Below, piece after piece: positions 26,686 to 34,597 of a DNA stretch of 64,000 bases. The stretch spans positions 48,534-112,533 of the forward strand of contig JADJUW010000003.1 in the NCBI GenBank assembly GCA_016716835.1, given 5' to 3'. Numbering within the stretch: the stretch's first letter is position 1; each line of letters opens with the position of its first letter. This DNA is from Myxococcales bacterium. GTDB taxonomy: Bacteria; Myxococcota_A; Polyangia; Haliangiales; Haliangiaceae. The translations under genes and the position numbers were made by a program. The notes beneath the pieces are model-generated. The model saw only the letters and a program-made list of their open reading frames with translations, had not been told where the DNA came from and did no database searches.

Positions 26686-27405
26686 CTAGGCGAGGAAATG
26701 GCGCTTAATAATATTTAGATAGTCTTGCTCAAACGTCTCCATCTCGGAGCGCATGACCTTGATGCGGCGCGCAAAAAAATTGTAGGCCATGACCGCCGGG
26801 ATGGCCGCGACCAGGCCGATAGCGGTCGCTAGCAAGGCCTCGGCGATGTGGGGACCGACGCTCTGCAGGGTCGCGCTGCCGGTGCGGCCAATTTCTTGAA
26901 ACGACAGCATAATGCCGACGACGGTGCCAAACAGGCCGATGAACGGCGCCGCCGAGCCAGTCGTGGCCAAAAACGGCACCATCGATTCCATGCGCGTGGT
27001 GGCCGCGGTTTGCGCGCGGCGTAGCGAGCGATGTATGTTATCTAAGTTGCCTTCGCGATCGCTGCGCATGCGGTCGTCGGCGGTGATCTTGGCCAGCTCG
27101 GTATAGCCGGCGGTAAACATCTGTGAAATGGGGCTACGGTCGAGGCCCTGGGCGCGCTGGTAAATTTGCTCGATGTCGCGCGACTTCCAAAACGACTCGA
27201 GGAATGAGGTCGATTGCTGGGCCGCTTGCCGCATATACAGCCACTTAAAAATCATGATGTAGACGCTGATGAAAAACATCGCGGCTAGTAGCACCATGAC
27301 CGAAAGCACGATCCAGTGCGCGTGCGCGAGAATCGACACGATATCAGTCTGTCGCGCCGCCCCGGCCGCCGGCACCGCCGATAAAGAATCTAACATATTC
27401 AGCAT
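26686..27405 (-). CDS. tolQ: MotA/TolQ/ExbB proton-channel protein
   Basis: Trimmed to ATG 27405 (MLNMLDSLS...), because the upstream 137 codons are Arg-rich junk. C-terminal '[22 protein letters not shown]' and '[22 protein letters not shown]' are TolQ/ExbB hallmarks. Confidence 0.88.
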   Translation of the reverse strand: MLNMLDSLSAVPAAGAARQTDIVSILAHAHWIVLSVMVLLAAMFFISVYIMIFKWLYMRQAAQQSTSFLESFWKSRDIEQIYQRAQGLDRSPISQMFTAGYTELAKITADDRMRSDREGNLDNIHRSLRRAQTAATTRMESMVPFLATTGSAAPFIGLFGTVVGIMLSFQEIGRTGSATLQSVGPHIAEALLATAIGLVAAIPAVMAYNFFARRIKVMRSEMETFEQDYLNIIKRHFLA

Positions 27406-27566
27406 GTTACAAATGGAAACATGGCACGCCTCGCTTCGCTGGGTCAACTCAGCCCGGGCGTTTTGGCGGCCCCGAGGATGAATAGTCGGGCACATGTGGC
27501 GTCGAACCAGCGTGTTGATGGTGAAATGCGTGGTGCGCATGTTTTGGCGAGTTATCTCGTGGCAAG

Positions 27567-28070
27567 ATGCAATGCGTGCCCGCGGACCGCGCTCGCTTGC
27601 TGCCCCTCGCGTGTCGCGCTGCGTCGCGCGGGGCGGGCACAATCCTGACCGCGCTGGTGAGTCTGGCCGCGGCCGCCTGCACAGAAATTTCTGGGGGCGC
27701 AGTCGAAGTAAGCTGGTCGCTGCAAGTTCCACTCGGCGCGGGTGTGTCGTGCGCCAGCGCTCAGATCGAGCGCATGCGCCTATGGTGGGACGATGGCGAG
27801 GCGCCGGCCTTTGCAAGCTGGCCCTGCACCGACGGGCATGGCGTCACGCGTTTCGAGGTGCCTGCGGGCAAGGTGGAGCTATCGATGGCCCCCGAATGCG
27901 CTACGGCCGAGGAGGCCGTGTATGGCACGTTTATCGCACCTGCTCCCATCAGCCGCGAAATCCACAACGGCGAAGTGGTGCGGCTCGATGCCGTCGTTGT
28001 GCATGTCATCACACCGGTGGCGGCAAGTCCTGCCAGTTTTTGTGTCGACCATGCCTGTATCTGTCGTTAG
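27567..28070 (+). CDS. Hypothetical lipoprotein (one copy of a 'VSWS...VSC' domain)
   Basis: Lipobox 'LAAAAC', then '[17 protein letters not shown]...'. Shares the N-terminal motif pattern with 28215-29054. The start codon is uncertain. Confidence 0.5.
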   Translation: MQCVPADRARLLPLACRAASRGAGTILTALVSLAAAACTEISGGAVEVSWSLQVPLGAGVSCASAQIERMRLWWDDGEAPAFASWPCTDGHGVTRFEVPAGKVELSMAPECATAEEAVYGTFIAPAPISREIHNGEVVRLDAVVVHVITPVAASPASFCVDHACICR

Positions 28071-28214
28071 CGACGGTATTGTCGTCGTCCGGTATTCGTC
28101 ACTCTGGCATCACCACTAGTTGCGCAACATCACAGACAGTTAGATACTTTGCCCCGTACTGTAAGGGGTGGGGTCCAAGTTGATCGTCCGTACCCGTCCG
28201 TTTGAAGGAGAGTT

Positions 28215-29054
28215 ATGAAAACCGCAATGACAAGTAGAACAATGAGCAAATTTTCAAATGGTATGGCCGCGGCCGCGATGAGCTTGGCGCTCGGGGCGAC
28301 GGGTTGTATCTTCACCTCGGGCGAAGACGACCAAGGTCGCGAGCTAGACGTGTCGTGGAGCTTCGTAAATATCGACGCGCCCGTAAGCTGTCCAGCTGGC
28401 GATTTCACCGTCGTCGTCTACACCTGGCCGGTCGGCGCCTCTGAATCGGCCGTCGAAGGCGTTGCGTATAACTGCACCGAAGGCGGCGGTTACTCAGCGT
28501 TCGTCGAGGGTCAGGTCGATGTCTGGGTCGAACTGCTCGACGCCAGCCAAACGCTCTACGCGCGTTCGAAGACGGAGCGCATTGACGCCAATAATGTCGC
28601 CGCGGTTGCGTTTAGCACGCAGCTCGACTACGGCTTCTATCAGCTCAATTGGGGCTTTTTCGCCACGACCGAAGCTGTCATGGAAGACCTTACGTGTGCG
28701 CAGGTCGAAGACCAATTCGTAGATTTCTCAATGGTCTCGTTGTTCGCGACGTATTTGGATGCAAACAGCGCGAGTTCGTTATGGGAAGACGGCAGCTATG
28801 ATTGCATCGTTGGCGAGGCGCCGGCCGTGTTCTACACCGAGCCAATGCCGTTTAACGTCACCGAGCTCAACGTGATCGGCTCCGACGCTTCGGATAACGC
28901 GGTCGGAATCGGTGGTTGTATCAACGACCCAGGCAGCCCGTATCTCGGATTTGCTTACGGCAACGAAATCAAAGACGTTGGCCTGCTCATGGTTAGCCTC
29001 GATCCGGAAGACGAAGGCAACGGCGGCAATTGCTACGATAACGCGCGCCCGTAA
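28215..29054 (+). CDS. Hypothetical lipoprotein (two copies of the same domain)
   Basis: Lipobox 'LGATGC', then 'LDVSWSFVNIDAPVSCPAG...'. A second similar unit reads 'YQLNWGFFATTEAVMEDLTCAQ...'. SD-like 'GAAGGAGAG' lies upstream of ATG 28215. Confidence 0.7.
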   Translation: MKTAMTSRTMSKFSNGMAAAAMSLALGATGCIFTSGEDDQGRELDVSWSFVNIDAPVSCPAGDFTVVVYTWPVGASESAVEGVAYNCTEGGGYSAFVEGQVDVWVELLDASQTLYARSKTERIDANNVAAVAFSTQLDYGFYQLNWGFFATTEAVMEDLTCAQVEDQFVDFSMVSLFATYLDANSASSLWEDGSYDCIVGEAPAVFYTEPMPFNVTELNVIGSDASDNAVGIGGCINDPGSPYLGFAYGNEIKDVGLLMVSLDPEDEGNGGNCYDNARP

Positions 29055-29139
29055 GCGTGCGCTCACGTCGTCGGCGCCCTTCGCGCGCCGCGATGAGCGA
29101 GGCGATCCGACGCACCCAGGCGTCGTGCAACGTGAACGC

Positions 29140-29535
29140 TTAAAGTTCTAGCGCGGCGAGCTTGGCGTCTTCTTTGGCGGCCTCGTCGGCGCCAGGCATC
29201 GCAGCTTTTTGCTCCGTGATGTTGGCCCACGTAGTGACGGTTGGCAGCTTCGCGGCCAGGGCCGGAGGTAGCTTGCTCGCGTCAATCTCGGATGCCTTCT
29301 TGGCGCCCGATACCACGGCGTTGATGTCCTTGTAGATGGCCCACTTTGCGGGCAGCTCGCTCTCTTCGAAGATTGCGGTGGTTGGGCACTCGGGCTCGCA
29401 GGCGCCGCAGTCGATACACTCGTCGGGGTTAATCGCGAGTGAATTCTTGCCCTCGTAGAAGCAGTCGACGGGACACACCGCGACGCAGTCGGTGTATTTA
29501 CATTTCACGCAAGGATCAGCGACAACGTAAGCCAT
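29140..29535 (-). CDS. fdxA: 7Fe ferredoxin ([3Fe-4S][4Fe-4S], FdxA type)
   Basis: '[28 protein letters not shown]' and '[12 protein letters not shown]' cluster motifs. Confidence 0.9.
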   Translation of the reverse strand: MAYVVADPCVKCKYTDCVAVCPVDCFYEGKNSLAINPDECIDCGACEPECPTTAIFEESELPAKWAIYKDINAVVSGAKKASEIDASKLPPALAAKLPTVTTWANITEQKAAMPGADEAAKEDAKLAALEL

Positions 29536-29644
29536 AAGAACTCCTGGCGGGGCAGGCCCGCGTGGGCCGTTTGTAGCCGAGGCCGCGCGGCACCGCCACT
29601 ATTTCGGTTGCCGTTCCGCGGCGCGCGCCAACGGTAAATTGACG

Positions 29645-29803
29645 CTAGCGGCGGTGGCGGCCGCGGCCGCCTGAGGCTGGCTCGCGCACGGGGACCGGGA
29701 CCAGCACGGGCTTTGCTGCCGGCAGCGTGAGCGAGTCAACGACCGCCGCGACCCATTCGCCTGCCTTGCCAATTGCCGTCTCGATGCTGTGCTTTACGCC
29801 CAT
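29645..29803 (-). CDS. Possible small protein (52 aa)
   Basis: ATG 29803 is preceded by GGAGGA (29812-29807). The spacing is short (3-4 nt). Sequence MGVKHSIETAIGKAGEWVAAVVD.... No homology recognised. Confidence 0.3.
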   Translation of the reverse strand: MGVKHSIETAIGKAGEWVAAVVDSLTLPAAKPVLVPVPVREPASGGRGRHRR

Positions 29804-29945
29804 AAATCCTCCATTTAAGCGTGACGCGAAAGCGTCCCTGGCGCAATGCCAAAGGTGGGGCGGCACGCGTGGGATAGCTGCCCACATAAGCCTCGTCGAA
29901 AACCGCGGCAATACCTGCGATCATTATTAGGCCGAGCCCCAAGCC

Positions 29946-31463
29946 ATGCGATTTTGTCCTCATTGTAGCGCCGAGAACGCGTTAGACGCCGCGAGTTGCG
30001 CGGCGTGCGCGCGCGCGCTGCAGCCGTTGCCGACGCGCAGCAGCGCGTCCATGCCGGTGCCGCCTGTGCCGGCGATGACGACACCAGCCGTGCCATCATC
30101 GGCGCATTTGCCGCAGCTTGCGCAACCAATCGTGCCCCTGCCCGCGGCGGGCGAGCCACCGCGGCGGCCATCGGGGCGCGTGCCGTTGCCACCACCTCGG
30201 CAGCAAGCGCGCGACACGGCGCCTGATGCTGGGCTCGAGCAGGCATTCGCGGCGCGCAGCGATGGCGAGTCCATCGTGTCTGGCACCGAGGCAACGGTGG
30301 CGGCGCCACCGCGGCCTGCGCCCGAAGTAGCCGAGCTGTCGACCAAGGCGCTTGCCGAGGGTGCCGATCAGCTGCGGACGCAGTGGCGCTTGCGGCGACC
30401 GACATTTCCCACGCGCGTGTTCACGCCGCCGGATGTGACGGCCATGCCGAAATGTCCACATTCCGGACTTGTGGCACAGGCGCGCTATACGGTGGCGGTG
30501 CTACGCGCGCGGCGCGTGCGACGCAAGGCGATCGCCCAGCTCGAGCTGGGCGTGGTGCAAGAGACCACCGCGCTTGAGCTCGTGCTCGGCGATTTAGGCC
30601 GCGCCGCGCGCGCCGCGGGCGTCTCAAACAAGGCGCTCGACGAGGAGAACAACGCGATCACGCGCGCCGAGCAGGCCCGCGAGACGCACGGCCAGAAATC
30701 GGTCGAGATCACGACCCGGCGCAATGATGAAATGGCGCGCTCGTCCGAGGTTGAGCATGAACGCTTGACCCAGGTGAGCGATGCGGAGCGGCGCCTGGCC
30801 GCCGCCGAACGCGAATATGAGCGGCTCGACGGCGAACGGCGCAAGCTGCGCGACCACGCCAAGGAGCTTGGCAGCCGCGCCGCAGCCTACGAGAAATCGG
30901 CGACCAAACGCGAGCAGGAGGCGGCCCGCCTCGGCGCGTCGGACGCCGCGACGCAGCTTCGGCACACGGTGGAGCAGCATCGCCGTGAGGCGGGCATCTT
31001 GCATAGCGAGCACCAAGAAATCGATCGCAAGTTGGCGGTGATCGAGACGCCGCTGGGGCAGGCACGCGACGCGGTGCGGGTCGCGCGGGCGGAGCTCGAT
31101 AGCGCCAAGGCCAATCTGCGTGATGCGCGCGAAGGCCATCGCCAGCGCCTGGTTGAGCTCGATGCCGAACAGGCGCGCAACACCGCCGCTTTTTCGCAGG
31201 CCGATGGCGAGATTCAGCGGCGGCTGGTCACGCTCGGCACCTTGATGAATTTGCACCGCCTGCCGGCGCCTGATACCGAAGAATTATTTGCGCGCGTCGA
31301 TCGGCTCAAGTCGATGATCTCCGCGCATGCCGGCGAGATCGAACACCTTGGCAATCAACGCGATGGCTACGACAGGCCGACATTTTATCGCGGCATTATC
31401 GCGTGGTGTGCCGCGCTGGTGGTGCTGTTTGCGCTGGTGACGCTGATTCTGGTGGTGACGTAA
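29946..31463 (+). CDS. Zinc-ribbon / Pro-rich / coiled-coil protein with C-terminal TM anchor
   Basis: N-terminal 'MRFCPHCSAEN...CAACA' zinc ribbon, a Pro/Ala-rich linker, ~250 aa of heptad-like Glu/Arg/Ala-rich sequence, and the terminal TM 'IIAWCAALVVLFALVTLILVV'. Confidence 0.7.
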   Translation: MRFCPHCSAENALDAASCAACARALQPLPTRSSASMPVPPVPAMTTPAVPSSAHLPQLAQPIVPLPAAGEPPRRPSGRVPLPPPRQQARDTAPDAGLEQAFAARSDGESIVSGTEATVAAPPRPAPEVAELSTKALAEGADQLRTQWRLRRPTFPTRVFTPPDVTAMPKCPHSGLVAQARYTVAVLRARRVRRKAIAQLELGVVQETTALELVLGDLGRAARAAGVSNKALDEENNAITRAEQARETHGQKSVEITTRRNDEMARSSEVEHERLTQVSDAERRLAAAEREYERLDGERRKLRDHAKELGSRAAAYEKSATKREQEAARLGASDAATQLRHTVEQHRREAGILHSEHQEIDRKLAVIETPLGQARDAVRVARAELDSAKANLRDAREGHRQRLVELDAEQARNTAAFSQADGEIQRRLVTLGTLMNLHRLPAPDTEELFARVDRLKSMISAHAGEIEHLGNQRDGYDRPTFYRGIIAWCAALVVLFALVTLILVVT

Positions 31464-31497
31464 GGGTGCGCTTGGGGCACCGTGCTAAATTGCCAGC

Positions 31498-32607
31498 GTG
31501 ACACGGATTGTGGTTGGTCCCAACCAAACCCTGATGCGGCACCTGCGGTCGCCGCTGATCACCAAGTTGTGCGGCGACTTTGCCTTGACCTTGGCCGTCG
31601 TCGAGGGCGACGGGCCGAGCTGGACTGAGTTGGCCTTGGCCGTGCCCTGCGCGCTGGCCGCCATCGAGCTCCACGCCGACAACGCCGCGTTGTTCGAAGA
31701 GATCGCGCGGGTCAAGGCCACGTCACCCGCAACGCGGGTGGTGCTCGTAAGCTCGGGCCGGCTGGCAAGTGCGCAGCTGGCTCAGATTGCCGCCAGCGGT
31801 TGCGACGAGGTGTTGGTAGCCCCAATCACCACCGACGAGCTCTACGATGTGCTTTGCGTGCATTTGCGCCTGCCGCGCCACGGCACGCGAGCGGCACGCG
31901 TGGCCATCGTCAGGGCCGGGGTCGAGCTCGGCGAGGCGACCAACATCTCGACCGATGGCGTACGGTTCCTAACCCGCGATAACATTAGCGAGGGGACAAA
32001 GCTCGAGGTCGTGATCTCCCAGCCTGGCGAGGCGGACGTCGCGATCGCCGCGACCGTCATTTGGACGCAGCCGCGCGACGGCCAACACATCGCCGGCGCC
32101 GGCTTTGCCTTCCTCGATGAGCGCACCACCGAGCTGCTCGCCCGGCTGACACAATGGGAGATTATTGACGAGACCAATCGCACGCGCGTCGTGATGAAGG
32201 GTCACATCACCGAGGCGACGTCATTTGCGTCGCTGCTCGACATTGTGGTCGGCCGCGTCGATTTTGACATGTCGCAGGTGCGCTATATCAACTCGCTTGG
32301 CGTCGCGCGTTGGTGTGAATTCCTCGAGGCCGCGCCCTTGCAAGGTTACGAGTTTCACACCTGCAGCGTGCCGTTTATGCTGCAGGCCTCGCGCGTGACG
32401 GGCATGCTCGGCACCGGCACCATTTCGTCCCTGTTTGCGCCGTACCTTTGCGCGGCCTGTGGCCATGGGGAGGAGCGGCTTTTGCATTCGGCCGCGTTGC
32501 TCGCCGCGGGTGGCAGTGCGCCCGTCTTTCGCTGCGAGGCGTGCGGCGGCGAGCTCATGATGGACGAGCTGCCCGAGCGCTATTTTTCGTTCTTAAAAAA
32601 GAGTTAG
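31498..32607 (+). CDS. Multi-domain signalling protein: receiver-like N-domain, PilZ-like barrel, STAS-like domain with CxxC...CxxC
   Basis: GTG start. 'ISTDGVRFLTRDNISEGTKLEVVI...ATVIWTQP' resembles PilZ. 'VVMKGHITEATSF...VDFDMSQVRYINSLGVARWCEFL' resembles STAS/anti-sigma antagonist. 'CAACG...CEACG' forms a zinc-ribbon pair. Confidence 0.65.
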   Translation: MTRIVVGPNQTLMRHLRSPLITKLCGDFALTLAVVEGDGPSWTELALAVPCALAAIELHADNAALFEEIARVKATSPATRVVLVSSGRLASAQLAQIAASGCDEVLVAPITTDELYDVLCVHLRLPRHGTRAARVAIVRAGVELGEATNISTDGVRFLTRDNISEGTKLEVVISQPGEADVAIAATVIWTQPRDGQHIAGAGFAFLDERTTELLARLTQWEIIDETNRTRVVMKGHITEATSFASLLDIVVGRVDFDMSQVRYINSLGVARWCEFLEAAPLQGYEFHTCSVPFMLQASRVTGMLGTGTISSLFAPYLCAACGHGEERLLHSAALLAAGGSAPVFRCEACGGELMMDELPERYFSFLKKS

Positions 32608-32633
32608 TCGGCGCGGCAATGCCGGCGCGTAAT

Positions 32634-33479
32634 TCAAAAATAGAGGTGAAACATCAGGCGCACGGCGGGATCCCAAATAATGCCATACGTCGACTCGGTG
32701 ACCTTGATCTCGAGGCCATTGCCTTGCTCGGTTGTGGTCTTGTCGGTGGCTAGCAACAAATTGCTCGCCTGCATGCTAAGCGAGACGTGCTTACGTGCCC
32801 AGTACTGCACCTCGACGCCGTAGCCAAGCCCAATGCCCGACATTGTGGTCGAGTTGCCGTCGCCATCCGGATTGACCTTGTTGGTGTGTAGTTGCGCGAG
32901 GCCAACCGCGTGGAGGTCGGTCTTGGGGCGTCTCATGACCGGCACGAGCAGCTGTGCGCCGAGCGCGAATTCGGATTGGCGATCGGTGGACTTGTCGTTG
33001 CCATCGTCGATTTTATCGCTGTCGGCCGCGGCGCGCAGCATGGCCTCGAACTGCACGCCGGAGGCGAACCTGGCGCGAACGCTGGTGGTATTGAGCACCG
33101 TGAGGTCGGTTTGCGTGTTTCCCATCGGCGCCAGGGCCCAGCCGACGCCAATACCGATGGAGAAGCCCGCCGGACGCGTGTGGCGGAGTATGTCAATTTC
33201 GGATGGCGCCTCGTCGCCGTTCGTCTCGATGACCGTCACGCGGCGCATGCGCTTGCCGTGGTGCCGTCCACGGTGTTCGCCAGCGTGGAGACCGCGGCCG
33301 TGCTTGTCGCCGTCATCGTCGCCGTCATCGTTGTCAGCATCATCGCCGTCGTGTGTTTCGACAACTTCTTCATTCACCACCACAGGTGCGGGCGGAGCAG
33401 GTGGAGCCGGAGGCGGCGTGGGCTGCGCAAACGCGAGGGCTGGGACAAATAGTAGGAGGCAACTTGCGAACTTGTGCAT
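32634..33479 (-). CDS. Outer-membrane beta-barrel protein with acidic/His-rich N-terminal region
   Basis: Signal 'LLLFVPALAFA', a 'PPAPPAPPAP' linker, an Asp-rich run 'DGDDADNDDGDDDGD', alternating beta-strand pattern, and a C-terminal aromatic '...RLMFHLYF'. Confidence 0.75.
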   Translation of the reverse strand: MHKFASCLLLFVPALAFAQPTPPPAPPAPPAPVVVNEEVVETHDGDDADNDDGDDDGDKHGRGLHAGEHRGRHHGKRMRRVTVIETNGDEAPSEIDILRHTRPAGFSIGIGVGWALAPMGNTQTDLTVLNTTSVRARFASGVQFEAMLRAAADSDKIDDGNDKSTDRQSEFALGAQLLVPVMRRPKTDLHAVGLAQLHTNKVNPDGDGNSTTMSGIGLGYGVEVQYWARKHVSLSMQASNLLLATDKTTTEQGNGLEIKVTESTYGIIWDPAVRLMFHLYF

Positions 33480-33508
33480 CGTGAGCAGGGACGTAGCATA
33501 ACGCCGGC

Positions 33509-33895
33509 TCAGGGTGCAGCGCCGCGGCCGTATCTATCTGTGATTCGCACCACATCGTCGAGCTCTGGCGTGGAAACCTCGGCGAGCTCGGCGTCGGTCA
33601 GCGCGGTCAGGCGGTGGCGCAGGCCCGCGGGCACGTGGAGAATTTGGTGCCGCGTAAACTGCTCAATGCTCGGCGGCTCGCTTTCGGCGAAGAATTCGAT
33701 CGATACCTCACCGGAAAGCACCATCAACGTCTCCTCTTTGCGTTGATGATACTGCAGCGAAAGTGCATGGCCGGCGTGAATAACTAGAATCTTGCCGACG
33801 TAGCGCTCGGTGTGAGCCCACAACAATTCGTAGCCCCAGGGCTTGTCGATGCGCACCGGCTCGGTGCGACCAGACGGTGTTGTGGCGGCGGTCAT
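33509..33895 (-). CDS. Cupin-domain protein (type II phosphomannose-isomerase-like cupin)
   Basis: 'KPWGYELLWAHTERYVGKILVIHAGHALSLQYHQRKEETLMVLSG' is a typical cupin motif 1 region. Confidence 0.8.
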   Translation of the reverse strand: MTAATTPSGRTEPVRIDKPWGYELLWAHTERYVGKILVIHAGHALSLQYHQRKEETLMVLSGEVSIEFFAESEPPSIEQFTRHQILHVPAGLRHRLTALTDAELAEVSTPELDDVVRITDRYGRGAAP

Positions 33896-33931
33896 CGCGC
33901 CAGCCTAGCATGGCAGACGCGTCCATCGACG

Positions 33932-34477
33932 CTACGGATCAAAGCAGGATATGCTGCCACTGGCGGCGTGGCATTGCCCATGCGGACCTTGCGCGCAGCG
34001 AACTTGGCCGTACTGGGCGACGCAGCCATAGCCGCACGCGATCTGACCATATTGCGCAATGCATTGTGCGCCTGGGGTCGTCGCGCACTGCACCCTGCCG
34101 TATTGCGCGACGCAGCCATAGCCGCACGCGGTTTGGCCGTAGTTCGACAAGCAGGTCGGGGCGTCGTGAACACCTGCCGGTTCGTGATCACGTCCACGCC
34201 GCTCGCGACCTCCGTGCTCCGAACGTCGCCGCGACGCTTTGGCTGGCGCGGGGTCCCAGCACGTAACGCTGCCATATGCCGCGGTGCAGGTACCAGTCGG
34301 CGTCTGCGCGCATTTCAATTGGCCGTAGCCCGCCGTGCAATCGTAGCCGCACGCCGTCTGTCCATAGGCCGCATAGCACCCCGCAGGACGCCTGCCTTGC
34401 CGGTCGGCCGCCGCCTCGGCTGGCAGCAGCGCCGCGAGCATCAGGAAAAGGCCAACCCCCTCCGTCCACCGCCGCAT
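33932..34477 (-). CDS. Secreted Cys-rich protein built from short 'YGQxxCGYxC' repeats
   Basis: Trimmed to ATG 34477 (MRRWTEGVGLFLMLAALLPAEAAA signal). There are 10 repeats of C-x3-YG-x3-C type in two modules. Each module ends '...SxxC(W/F)DP'. Confidence 0.7.
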   Translation of the reverse strand: MRRWTEGVGLFLMLAALLPAEAAADRQGRRPAGCYAAYGQTACGYDCTAGYGQLKCAQTPTGTCTAAYGSVTCWDPAPAKASRRRSEHGGRERRGRDHEPAGVHDAPTCLSNYGQTACGYGCVAQYGRVQCATTPGAQCIAQYGQIACGYGCVAQYGQVRCAQGPHGQCHAASGSISCFDP

Positions 34478-34597
34478 GTTTTTTAGAAAGCCAAGATGTC
34501 GTTGGTCATTCGTCATGTTGTCATCTGAACGCCCAACACGCCAAAATATTCACGATGCTCGCCATTTTTCTGCGCAGTGCGGCGCGAAGCGCGGGGG

